From the NCBI GenBank assembly GCA_963781425.1, contig CAWAGX010000020.1, forward strand, positions 376,408 through 440,407: DNA of 64,000 nucleotides, written 5' to 3'. The DNA comes from an uncultured Actinomycetes bacterium (GTDB lineage Bacteria > Actinomycetota > Acidimicrobiia > IMCC26256 > PALSA-610). The position numbers were made by a program, and so were the translations under genes. The stretch's first letter is position 1. Each line of letters opens with the position of its first letter. Of this stretch, positions 47,344 to 59,305 are shown piece after piece. The notes below the pieces were generated by a model that searched no databases, had not been told where the DNA came from, and saw only the letters and a list, made by a program, of their open reading frames with translations.

Positions 47344-48317
47344 CGACGATCTTCTACGAGGACGATGGCGATCTCGGCGCGATCGCGGGGGAGCGAATCG
47401 CCGTCGTCGGATACGGCAATCAGGGCCGGTCCTGGGCACTGAACCTTCGTGACAGTGGCTGCCCGCCGATGATCTGCGTACGGCGTGACGAGACGCGCGA
47501 GCAGGCCGTCGCCGACGGCTTCGACGCCCAGGACGTCGAGAGCGCGAGCGACGCCGACATCATCTGCATCCTCGTGCCCGACGACGTGGTGGCGCTGCTG
47601 CCGATTACCCCACGCGCGGACGCGTGCGTCGTCGTGGCGAGCGGCTACACCCTCGCGTTCGGTCGCCTCGAGCCGGCCGGCGACGCGGTCATGGTGGCCC
47701 CGCGGATGCTCGGGCCCGAGGTGCGGCTCTGCTACGAGGAGGGCATCGGCTTCATCACCGCGGTCGGCGTACACCAGGACGCCACCGGCCGAGCGCGCGA
47801 TCGACTGCTCGCCGTTGCCCGCGCGATCGGCGGACTGCGCCAGGGTGCGATCGAGATGACACCGGTACAGGAAGCAATCCTCGACCTCGGTGTCGAACAG
47901 GTGCTGTCGCCGGCGCTCGTTGCCGTCAACACCGCGTTCGTGCAGACGATGATCGAGCACGGCATCCCGCTCGAAGCCATCGTCACCGAGCTGGTGCTCT
48001 CGGGCGAGGTCGAGCGCACGTACCGGCTGCTGCGCGAGGTCGGCTACGCCGTGCAATCGGAGTTCCACTCGCCGACGTCCCAGTACGGCCAGCTGACGCG
48101 GCGCGGCCGTTACGACCATCTCGATTTCCTGCCGACGATGCGCACGCTGGCCGAGGACATCACCAGTGGACGCTTCGCCGACGAGTGGGACGCGGAACGA
48201 GACGCCGGCTACCCGACGCTGACAAAGCTGAAAGAGCAGCACGCCGGGCCGGCCATCCGTGAGTACGAAGCGGAGCTCCGCCGCCGGCTCGGGCCCGGCG
48301 TGCGCCGGGGTGCGTAA
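47340..48317 (+). CDS. ketol-acid reductoisomerase family protein (IlvC-like, class I length)
   Basis: GTG 47340 overlaps the upstream stop (GTGA), in the frame of ORF 46791..48317. IAVVGYGNQGRSWALNLRDSG ... ADIICILVPD ... SPTSQYG. Diverged from canonical IlvC and in an unusual gene context. Confidence 0.75.
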   Translation: MTTIFYEDDGDLGAIAGERIAVVGYGNQGRSWALNLRDSGCPPMICVRRDETREQAVADGFDAQDVESASDADIICILVPDDVVALLPITPRADACVVVASGYTLAFGRLEPAGDAVMVAPRMLGPEVRLCYEEGIGFITAVGVHQDATGRARDRLLAVARAIGGLRQGAIEMTPVQEAILDLGVEQVLSPALVAVNTAFVQTMIEHGIPLEAIVTELVLSGEVERTYRLLREVGYAVQSEFHSPTSQYGQLTRRGRYDHLDFLPTMRTLAEDITSGRFADEWDAERDAGYPTLTKLKEQHAGPAIREYEAELRRRLGPGVRRGA

Positions 48318-48333
48318 AGACCGCCTCGGGACG

Positions 48334-48666
48334 TCAGGCCGCGACGCCGTAGTAGTCGCGTAGCTCCTTGGCGACCTCCGGCGACAACACGTGATCACCT
48401 CGCGGCTTCGGTGCGCGTTTGATGCTGATCTTGTCGAACGGCACGACGAGGCGACCTGCTTCGTCCATGTAAGCGTTCTGCAGCGGCACGAAGCGCTCGC
48501 CACCGAAGACGCCGGTCTTCACCACAGCCCAGCGCGGCAAGAACTCGCGGTCGTCGAACAAGACGTCCGTGACCTTCCCGACGGGCTGCAGCTTCATGTC
48601 CACGACCGGAGCCTCGCTCAACCCCGACGACGTGGTGGATGCGTTGGGTTCACGTTCGTATGTCAT
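48334..48666 (-). CDS. PRC-barrel domain protein
   Basis: ATG 48666 in ORF 48334..48738. VGKVTDVLFDDREFLPRWAVVKTGVFGGERFVPL ... LVVPFDKISIKRAP. Confidence 0.7.
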   Translation of the reverse strand: MTYEREPNASTTSSGLSEAPVVDMKLQPVGKVTDVLFDDREFLPRWAVVKTGVFGGERFVPLQNAYMDEAGRLVVPFDKISIKRAPKPRGDHVLSPEVAKELRDYYGVAA

Positions 48667-48838
48667 CTCTCGCGCGTACCCGAGACAGAGGAATGAACGC
48701 CGGACATTGCGTACACAAGCCACCCTCGCCGCGTGCACCGGACGGACTGTGCACGGGCCTGTTGCGGGGGGTGGCGATCTCGCCCTCCCATCTCACGCAC
48801 AGTTGCCGCGCCCGAACCGGTGCGGGAAAGCTGCACCG

Positions 48839-49628
48839 ATGGTCGACGAGTACCGGGTGCGCGCCCACAACATGGCAACGACGTCAGCGAACAAGATCCA
48901 CGACGACGCGATCGCCCGCGAGTACGGATTCGCCGGCGGGCTCGTGCCGGGCGTCGAGGTGTACGCGTACATGACGCATCCGGTCGTCCAACGCCTGGGC
49001 CGCGACTGGCTCACCGGCGGCAGCATGCACGTGCGGCTGCGCCGACCGGTGTACGACGGACGCGAGGCGTCCGTCACGACGCGACTCGCCGGCGACGAAC
49101 ACGGCACGCTGGAGGTCGCGTTGCACGACGAGGCCGGCGTGCTGTGCGCGGAAGGCACTGCCCGGCCCGCCGCGGCTCGCCCGATCCCCACCGGCACGGC
49201 GCCGCGTCGCTCCCCTTCCCAACCCGCGGCCGCCCGCGTCGGCCGATGTCCTTGCGGGCGCGGATCCGCTCGGCAGCGTGACCAAGCGATTCGACGCGCG
49301 CGCCGCAAAGACGTACCTCGACGGGATCGGTGAGACGTTGCCGATCTACGGCGACGAAGGCATCGCGCATCCCGGATGGCTGCTCCGCCGCGCCAACCGG
49401 CTGCTCGCCGCGAACGTCGAGCTCGGTCCGTGGATCCACGTCGAGAGCGATGTCACGAACCTCGGGCTCGTCCACGACGGCGACGTGGTGTCGACCACGG
49501 GGCGGGTCACGCGGGTGTGGGAGCGCAGTGGCCACAAGTTCGTCGGGCTCGATGTTTTCGTGGCGGTGGACGAGCGGCCAGTGGCGTACGTCGACCACAC
49601 TGCGATTTACGAACCGCGGCGCACGTAG
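48839..49628 (+). pseudogene. MaoC-like/hotdog-fold dehydratase, one frameshift
   Basis: ATG 48839: NKIHDDAIAREYGFAGGLVPGVEVYAYM (ORF 48569..49333). After a shift near 49200 the protein continues GIAHPGWLLRRANRLL ... GRVTRVWERSGHKFVGLDV (ORF 49278..49628). Confidence 0.7.
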
Positions 49629-49632
49629 GCGC

Positions 49633-50029
49633 TTACGGCCAGGCGCGCCAGACCAACGTGTCGATCGCGATCACCGCTCCCGGGGGTAGCGAGCGCACGT
49701 ACTGGTCGTACTTCGCCGTCGAGCGCGCTGATCGCGTCGTCGCGCTCGTTGCCTTCGGTGACGAGGCGCGCCGCGCCGTCGACGCGGACCCACCACAGTG
49801 CCGACCAGTCGTCGGCGTAGTGGTCGACGAGCAGTGACGCGTGCGGGTTGGCGCGGATATTGGCGAGCCGGCGGAGCGCGAGCGTCGACTTGGGTTTGCC
49901 GTCGACGGCCGAGTAGAGGACGTCACGGTCGCCGGCGAGCACGAAGCAGCACGGGACGACGTGCGGCCGGCCTTCGGGAGTCACCGTGGCGAGACGGGCG
50001 ACGCGCGCGTCGGTGACGCGCCGTCGCAT
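49633..50029 (-). pseudogene. PPOX-class (pyridoxamine-5'-phosphate-oxidase-like) probable F420-dependent enzyme, one frameshift
   Basis: ATG 50029: ARVARLATVTPEGRPHVVPCCFVL ... KPKSTLALRRLANIRANPHASLLVDHYADDWSALWWVRVDG (ORF 49607..50140). The tail AKYDQYVRSLPPGAVIAIDTLVWRAWP is in ORF 49633..49926. The frame switch is near 49720. Confidence 0.75.
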
Positions 50030-50037
50030 CGTCGCGT

Positions 50038-52163
<2,126 letters not shown>

Positions 52164-52250
52164 CGAGGTCCCTCGCGGCGCTACATTTTCGCAGTCTCGC
52201 ACCGGCCGGCGTGGTTGCGCCCGGCGAACATTTGCAGTACGCGTGGCGAG

Positions 52251-53556
52251 GTGGAACAACGCCGGAACCTGCGCACCGAGATCCCCGGCCCGCGCTCACG
52301 CGAGCTCTGGGCACGCCGCACCCGCGCGATCCCGACGCGGTCGGCACGACGCTTGCCCGTCTTCGTCGCCGACGCCCGAGGCGGGATCATCGAGGACGTC
52401 GACGGCAATCGCTTGATCGATCTCGGCGCGGGCATCGCGGTCGTGAACGTCGGACATGCGCCATCCTGCCGTCGTCGAGGCGGTCACCCGTCAGGCGAAC
52501 AGCTTCCTGCACACGTGCTTCCAGGTGACGCCGTACGAGGGGTACGTCGAGGTGTGCGAAGCCTTGAACGCGCGCACGCCCGGCACACACGAGAAGCGGT
52601 CGATGCTCGTGAACTCGGGCGCGGAGGCGGTCGAGAACACGGTGAAGATCGCGCGCGCCGCGACCGGGCCGGCCCGGCGGTGATCGCGTTCGACCAGGCG
52701 TTCCACGGCCGCACCTTGCTCGCCCTGTCGCTCACCGCCAAGGTGACGCCGTACAAGAAGTCGTTCGGTCCCTACGCGCCCGAGGTGTACCGGGCGCCGT
52801 TCTCGTATCCGTTCCGTGGCACGGGGAGCCTGGCCGAGACGCTGGCCTGGATCGAGGCGAGTGTGGATCCCGCGTCAGGTCGCGTGCGTGATCGTCGAGC
52901 CGATCGCGGGCGAGGGCGGGTTCGTCGTGCCGGAAGCGGGCTGGGTGCGAAGGCCTCGCGCGCTGGTGCGGTGACGCACGGCGTGCTGTTCGTCGCCGAC
53001 GAGGTGCAGACCGGCTTCGGCCGCACGGGCGCGTGGTTCGCGTGCGAGCACGAGGGCGTCGTGCCCGACCTCGTCGCGACCGCGAAAGGGCTCGGCGGAG
53101 GCATGCCGATCGCGGGTGTCACCGGGACGCGCCGAGGTCATGGACGCGGTGCACGTCGGCGGGCTCGGCAGCACGTTCGGCGGCAACCCGGTGTCGTGCG
53201 CGGCCGCGCTCGCCGCCATCGACGTGATCGAGCGCGAGGGGCTCAACGCCCGCGCGCGCGAGCTCGGCGACCGCATGCTCGAGCAACTGCCGTGCCGCGC
53301 AGGACGCCACGACCGGCGTCGGCGACATGCGCGGCCGGGGCGCGATGGTCGCGATCGAGCTCGTCCACCACGACGGCAGCGCCCGACGCCGACCGCGCCA
53401 AGCGCATCACCACCGCGTGTCACGAAGCGGGGGTGCTGATCCTCACCGCGGGGACGAACGGCAACGTCGTGCGCCTGCTCCCCCCGCTCGTGCTCGAGCT
53501 CGACCTGCTCGACGAGGCCCTCGACATCCTCGCACACCGCGATCCTCAAGGCGTGA
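52251..53556 (+). pseudogene. gabT: 4-aminobutyrate aminotransferase (class III PLP aminotransferase), at least eight frameshifts
   Basis: GTG 52251. Recognisable blocks are spread over three frames: [16 protein letters not shown] / [20 protein letters not shown] ... [15 protein letters not shown] / [19 protein letters not shown] / [17 protein letters not shown] / [20 protein letters not shown] ... [14 protein letters not shown] / [15 protein letters not shown] / [11 protein letters not shown] / [20 protein letters not shown]. Confidence 0.85.
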
Positions 53557-53585
53557 CCGCCGCCGCGCTGGCGCGTCGGTGTCGC

Positions 53586-53630
53586 GCAGGCGTGTTTGAG
53601 GTGCGAAGCTCGCGCCTCAAACACGCCTGC
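53586..53630. terminator. 16-bp perfect hairpin between convergent genes (bidirectional terminator candidate)
   Basis: GCAGGCGTGTTTGAGG-tgcgaagctcgcg-CCTCAAACACGCCTGC. It lies 30 nt after the gabT stop and overlaps the last codons of the convergent aldehyde dehydrogenase gene. There is no U-tract. Confidence 0.6.
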
Positions 53631-55073
53631 CCGCGTCTTGCCGGTCATTGATGGCGCTCATGACGTGCTTGACGCGGGTGTAGTCCTCGAGCCCGTACAT
53701 CGAGAGGTCTTTGCCGTAGCCCGAGTGCTTGAAGCCGCCGTGCGGCATCTCGGCGACGAGCGGGATGTGCGTGTTGATCCACACGCAGCCGAAGTCGAGC
53801 GCGGCCGAGAGTCGCATCGCGGTGCCGTGATCGCGCGTCCACACGCTCGACGAGAGGCCGTAGTCGACGCCGTTCGCGAACGCGATCGCCTCGTCCTCGT
53901 CGGCGAAGCGCTGCACGGTGATCACCGGGCCGAACACCTCCTGCTGCACGATCTCGTCGTCCTGCCCGACGCCGGTGATGACGGTCGGCGTGAAGAAGAA
54001 CCCGTGTCGCCGGACCGTGCGCCGCCGGTCGACCATCTCGGCGCCGTTCGGCGATGCGTCCGACGAAGCCCTCGACCCGTTCGAGCTGCGCCGCGCTGTT
54101 CAGCGGACCGAGGTCGGCGTCGGGCGTGTCGAGCCCGCCGACAACCTTCTTGTTCGCGTGCTCCACGAGCAGCTCGACGAACGCGTCGTAGACGCGCCGG
54201 CGCCCGCGATCACGCGCGTCGCCGCGGTGCAGTCCTGGCCCGCGTTGTAGAAGCCGGCGGCCGCGATGCCCTCGGCCGCGGCATCGACGTCGGCGTCGTC
54301 GCAGACGACGCCGGCGCGTTGCCACCGAGCTCGAGGTGCACGCGCTTCAGGTCGGTCGCGGCCGACGCCGCGACTTCCATCCCCGCGCGCACGATGCCGG
54401 TCACCGACACGAGGCTCGGCCCCGGGTGCGCGACCAGCGCGCGGCCGGTATCGCGGTCACCGCACACGACGTTCATCACACCGGGCGGCAGGAACTCGGC
54501 CGCGAGCTCGGCGAGCATCACCGACGTCGCGGGCGTCGTCTCGGCGGGCTTCAGCACCACCGTGTTCCCTGCCGCCAGCGCGGGCGCGATCTTCCAGATC
54601 GCCATCATCAGCGGGTAGTTCCACGGGCTGATCTGCGCGCAGACGCCGATCGGCTCGCGCCGGACGTACGACGTGTGGCCCGGCCATGTACTCGCCCGCG
54701 CCCCGGCCCTCGAGCATCCGCGCCGCGCCCGCGAAGAACCGCATCTGGTCGACCATCGGCGGGATCTCGTCGGCCGCCATCAGCGCCTTGGGCTTGCCGG
54801 TGCTGCGGCACTCGGCGTCGATGAACCGTGCGGCATCGTCCTCGATCGCATCGGCGATGCGCAGCAGCGCCCGTCCGCGATCCGACGGCGTGGTCGCCGC
54901 CCAGCCCTCGAACGCGGCGCTCGCCGCGCCGACCGCGTCGTCGACGTCGGCCGCTCCCGACCGCACGGCTGTGCCGTACTCCGTGCCCGGTGCACGGGTC
55001 GACGAGCGGCGTCGTTTCGCCGCTCGCGGGCGTCGACGGCCTTGCCGTTGACGAAGTTCGAGACCTTGTCCAT
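53617..55073 (-). pseudogene. NAD(P)-dependent aldehyde dehydrogenase (gamma-aminobutyraldehyde/succinate-semialdehyde type), at least six frameshifts
   Basis: ATG 55073 (MDKVSNFVNGKAVDA). Blocks lie in several frames: AASAAFEGWAATTPSDRGRALLRIADAIE; ISPWNYPL-type region then MMAIWKIAPALAAGNTVVLKPAE; VHLELGGNAP; [55 protein letters not shown] ... [15 protein letters not shown]. Confidence 0.85.
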
Positions 55074-55137
55074 CTGGCACCTCCTGGAAGGCGAACCTAG
55101 TATTCGCAAGTGGACCGCCGCCAGGGCCGTCAGATCG

Positions 55138-55622
55138 TTGTCGAAGCCACGTCCGACGACGATATTCGCACACGAACCGCTGCTCGACAACGTTTCGCTC
55201 GCGCATCATCCACGAGCTCCAGATCGACGGGCGGCGTCCGTACACGACGATCGCCAAGACCGTCGGGCTGTCCGAAGCCGCGGTGCGCCAGCGCGTGCAA
55301 CGGCTGCTCGACGCGGGCGTGATGCAGATCGTCGCGGTCACCGACCCGCTTGCGCGTCGGGCTGCACCGCCAGGCGATGATCGGCATCCGCGTCGACGGC
55401 GACGTCCGCGAGCTCGCGGCCAAGCTCGCGGCGAGCAACGAGATCGAGTACGTGGTGATCTGCTCGGGCGCCTACGACCTCCTCGTCGAGCTCACCGCGA
55501 GAGACGACGAGCACCTTCTCGACGTGATCAACGGCCAGATCCGGGCGATCCCCGGCGTCCGCTCGACCGAGACCTTCGTGTACCTCCGGCTCGAGAAGCA
55601 GACCTACACCTGGGGAACTTGA
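55138..55622 (+). pseudogene. Lrp/AsnC family transcriptional regulator, two frameshifts; start uncertain (TTG 55138 proposed)
   Basis: LLDNVSL / RIIHELQIDGRRPYTTIAKTVGLSEAAVRQRVQRLLDAGVMQIVAVTDPL / LGLHRQAMIGIRVDGDVRELAAKLAASNEIEYVVICSGAYDLLVEL. Frames switch near 55198 and 55355. Confidence 0.8.
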
Positions 55623-56948
55623 TGGGCACGCTTTCCGACACCGCACGCCGGCATCTCTGGATGCACTTCACGCGCATGTCCGGGGACCACGACGTCCCGG
55701 TCATCGTGCGGGGCGAGGGCGCGTGGGTCTACGACGACCGCGGCAAGCGATACCTGGACGGCCTTGCCGGCCTGTTCGTCTCCCAGGTCGGTCACGGCCG
55801 TACCGAGCTCGCCGAGGCGCATGGCGAAGCAGGCGAGCGAGCTCGCGTACTTCCCCGTGTGGAGCTACGCGCACCCGCGCGCGGTCGAGCTCGCGGAACG
55901 GCTCGCCGACCTCGCGCCCGGCGACCTCGAGCGGGTGTTCTTCACGACGGGCGGCAGCGAGGCCGTCGAATCGGCATGGAAGCTCGCGCGGCAGTACTTC
56001 CAGGCGATCGGCGAGCCTCAGCGCTACAAGGTGATCAGCCGCTACATCGCGTATCACGGCACGACGATGGGCGCGCTGTCAATGACCGGCGTTCCCGCGA
56101 TCAAGGCGCCGTTCGAGCCGCTCGTGCCCGGCGCGGTCAAGGTGCCGAACACCAACCCCTACCGGCCCCCGCCCATCGACCCCGCGGAGGCGATCGCGCT
56201 CGCGATCGAGATGGAAGGACCCGAGACGGTCGCGGCCGTGTTCCTCGAGCCGGTGCAGAACTCGGGCGGTTGCTTCCCGCCGCCCGCCGGATACTTCCAA
56301 CGGGTGCGCGAGATCTGCGACGAGTACGGCGTCCTGCTCGTGTCCGACGAGGTGATCTGCGCGTTCGGGCGGCTCGGCCACTGGTTCGGCTCCGACCGCT
56401 ACGACTACCTGCCCGACATCATCACGATGGCGAAAGGCATGACGTCCGGGTACTCGCCGATCGGCGGCATGATCGTCCGGCCCTACCTCGTCGAGCCTTT
56501 CCTCCAGGACACCAACACGTTCCTCCACGGCATCACGTTCGGCGGGCACCCTGTGAGCTGCGCCGTTGCGCTCGCGAACCTCGACCTCATCGAACGCGAA
56601 GGCCTGCTCCAGCACGTGCGCGCGAACGAGGACGCGTTCCGCGCGACCCTCGAGCGGCTGTGCGACCTCCCGATCGTCGGCGACGTCCGCGGCGACGGGT
56701 ACTTCTACGGCATCGAACTGGTGAAGGACAAGGCAACTCGTGAGACATTCGATCATGAGGAGGCGGAGCGATTGCTGCGCGGGTTCATCTCACCTGCGCT
56801 TTACGACGCGGGGCTCATCTGTCGTGCGGATGACCGCGGTGAACCCGTCGTCCAGCTCGCGCCACCCCTGATCGTCGGACAGTCCGAGTTCGATTACATC
56901 GAACAAGTACTCCGGGTTGTCCTGACCGAAGCGTGGAGGCGTGTGTAG
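55622..56948 (+). pseudogene. class III aminotransferase (putrescine/omega-amino acid:pyruvate or 2-oxoglutarate type), one frameshift
   Basis: ATG 55622 overlaps the Lrp stop (TGATG). LWMHFTRMS ... [30 protein letters not shown], then ORF 55764..56948 ([18 protein letters not shown] ... [10 protein letters not shown] ... [18 protein letters not shown] ... [13 protein letters not shown] ... GITFGGHP). The frame switch is near 55820. Confidence 0.88.
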
Positions 56949-57023
56949 GGTGCGGAAACGCGCCCTCACACACGCCCGACGGGGGCAACACGATGAGGCC
57001 GGAGACAAGACGCGCCGGTCGAG

Positions 57024-58166
57024 GTGGGGCTGTACGGCGTCACCAAGCGGTTCAACAACGTCGTTGCGGTCGACAATGTGACGATCGAGGTCGCCCGCGG
57101 TGAGTTCTTCTCACTGCTCGGGCCGTCCGGCTGCGGCAAGACCACGTCGCTGCGCATGATCGCCGGGTTCGAGGAGCCCGAGGACGGGCAGGTCGTGCTC
57201 ACCGGACGCGACATCGTCGGGGTGCCGCCGTACAAGCGCAACGTCAACACGGTCTTCCAGTCGTACGCCCTGTTCCCGCACCTCACCGTGTTCGACAACG
57301 TCGCGTTCGGGCTGCGCCGCAAGAAGGTGGCCAAGCACGAGGTACGCGACCGGGTGCAGCGGTACCTCAGCCTCGTGCAGCTCGAGGGATACGACGACCG
57401 CCGCCCGCAACAGCTCTCGGGCGGCCAACAGCAACGGGTCGCGCTCGCCCGCGCGCTCGTCAACCAGCCGGCCGTGCTGTTGCTCGACGAGCCGCTCGGC
57501 GCCCTCGACCTCAAGCTGCGCAAGCAGATGCAGCTCGAGCTGATGCGCATCCAGCGCGAGGTCGGCGTGACGTTCATCTACGTGACGCACGACCAGGAAG
57601 AAGCGCTCGTGATGAGCGACCGCTTGGCGGTGATGTCGTTCGGCCACGTCGAGCAGATCGGCTTTCCGGAAGACATCTACGAGCGCCCCGCGACCCGGTT
57701 CGTCGCCGGGTTCATCGGGACGTCCAACATCGTCGAGACCGAGGTGACCGGCCGGTCCGGCGCGTGGCTGCAGGTCGCGGCGCCCCCTGGTGACCGCATC
57801 CTTCTCCCGGCGCCCCCGGAACGTGCGCTCCGGGACGGCGACAAGCTCGCGTTCACGGTCCGGCCCGAGAAGCTGCGCGTCATGCCCATCGACGACCCCG
57901 TCGCCGACGGGTTGTGCAGCGCGGCGGGGACCGTCGTCGACGTCGTCTACCAAGGCGTGTCGACCCAGCTCGTCGTCCGCACCGACGACGGCTCGACGCT
58001 CGTCGCCTTCCGTCAGAACAGCGAGCGCGTGAGCGACGCCGGCGTGCCGGGCACCCGCGCCCGGCTGGTGTGGGATCCGCAGTTCAATGTCGTGTTCGCC
58101 GACGAGCCGAGCCTCGATATCGAGCGGGCCGTCACCCGCCAGCCCAAGGAGGAGTTGACCGCATGA
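57024..58166 (+). CDS. potA: spermidine/putrescine ABC transporter ATP-binding protein
   Basis: Intact ORF with a GTG start. GPSGCGKTT, LSGGQQQRVALARAL, LLLDEPLGALD and a C-terminal TOBE-like region. The signature FQSYALFPHLTVFDNVAFGL is typical of PotA/CysA-type importers. Confidence 0.9.
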   Translation: MGLYGVTKRFNNVVAVDNVTIEVARGEFFSLLGPSGCGKTTSLRMIAGFEEPEDGQVVLTGRDIVGVPPYKRNVNTVFQSYALFPHLTVFDNVAFGLRRKKVAKHEVRDRVQRYLSLVQLEGYDDRRPQQLSGGQQQRVALARALVNQPAVLLLDEPLGALDLKLRKQMQLELMRIQREVGVTFIYVTHDQEEALVMSDRLAVMSFGHVEQIGFPEDIYERPATRFVAGFIGTSNIVETEVTGRSGAWLQVAAPPGDRILLPAPPERALRDGDKLAFTVRPEKLRVMPIDDPVADGLCSAAGTVVDVVYQGVSTQLVVRTDDGSTLVAFRQNSERVSDAGVPGTRARLVWDPQFNVVFADEPSLDIERAVTRQPKEELTA

Positions 58167-59305
58167 CCGATCCCGATCCCGATCGCGTGTCGATGGCGTT
58201 TCTTTGGGAGGTCAGCTCCCCGCGTTGGAATCGCCGCACGTTCATGAAGACGATGGGGTTCGCGGCGGCCGCCGGCTTCATCGCCGCATGCGGGGGCGAC
58301 AGCGCCAAGCCGAGCAGCGGACCGGGCGCCACGAGTGCCCCCGAGCCCAAGCAGCTGAACTTCTACAACTGGACGGAATACATCGACGAGAAGACGATCC
58401 CCAACTTCCAGAAGCAGACGGGCATCAAGGTCACCTACGACAACTACAGCTCGAATGACGAGCTGTTCGCGAAGATGCGCACCGGCGGCACCGGCTACGA
58501 CATCATCGTGCCCACCGACGGCACGCTCGTGAAGATGAAGAATGCCGGCCTCCTCGAGAAGATCGATCTCGCGAAGATCCCGAACGTCAAGAACCTCGAC
58601 GAACGCTTCCGCAACGCGGAGTACGACCCGGGAAACGAGTACTCGATTCCCTGGCAGTGGGGCACGACCGGGATCGGCTACGACCCGACCAAGGTCGACG
58701 GTGAGGTCACCGATTGGAACGCGTTCGATCTTCCCTCCGTGAGGGGCAAGAGCTCGTTCCTCGACGAGGCGCGCGACGCGTTCTCGATGGCGCTGTTCGC
58801 CCTCCATCGTGACCCGAACACGGTCGACGACGGCGACCTCGACGACGCGAGGGACTATCTGATCGAGCTCAAGAAGAAGATCAAGGCGATCACCTCGGAC
58901 TATCAGGACCCGCTGAAGAGCGGTGAGCTGCTCCTCAGCGAGGCGTACTCGGGTGACGTGTTCCAGGCCCAAGCCACCAACGAAAAGCTCGAATACGTGA
59001 TCCCGGCCTCGGGCGCGAACTCGTGGACCGACGCGATGGCGATTCCCAAGGACGCGCCGCACCCGGAGAACGCGCACGAGTTCATGAACTACATCCTGGA
59101 ACCCAAGGTCGGCGCGGCCCTGACGAACTACATCAACTACGGCAGCCCGAACAAGGCGGCCGAGCCGTTGATCAAGAAGTCGATCACCGGCGACCCGCTG
59201 ATCTACCCGCCGCCCGACGTGCTCGCCAAGCTGCCGTTCGCCAAGGACCTTGGTGAGGACGAGATCAAGTACGCGGATCGCTGGACCGAGGTGAAGACTG
59301 CTTGA
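58163..59305 (+). CDS. potD: polyamine ABC transporter substrate-binding lipoprotein (PotD/PotF family), Tat-type signal
   Basis: ATG 58163 overlaps the potA stop (ATGA). WNRRTFMKTMGFAAAAGFIAAC-GG (twin-Arg plus lipobox). LNFYNWTEYIDEKTIPNFQKQTGIKVTYDNYSSNDELFAK ... YDIIVPTD ... IPWQWGTTGIGY. Confidence 0.9.
   Translation: MTDPDPDRVSMAFLWEVSSPRWNRRTFMKTMGFAAAAGFIAACGGDSAKPSSGPGATSAPEPKQLNFYNWTEYIDEKTIPNFQKQTGIKVTYDNYSSNDELFAKMRTGGTGYDIIVPTDGTLVKMKNAGLLEKIDLAKIPNVKNLDERFRNAEYDPGNEYSIPWQWGTTGIGYDPTKVDGEVTDWNAFDLPSVRGKSSFLDEARDAFSMALFALHRDPNTVDDGDLDDARDYLIELKKKIKAITSDYQDPLKSGELLLSEAYSGDVFQAQATNEKLEYVIPASGANSWTDAMAIPKDAPHPENAHEFMNYILEPKVGAALTNYINYGSPNKAAEPLIKKSITGDPLIYPPPDVLAKLPFAKDLGEDEIKYADRWTEVKTA

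Noticed and set aside
52251-53556. Programmed ribosomal frameshifting or recoding as the explanation for frame switches in gabT and elsewhere
   Set aside because: There are too many switches per gene (eight or more), in both directions. I found no slippery heptamers or downstream structures at the junctions I inspected. The affected genes belong to families not known to use recoding.
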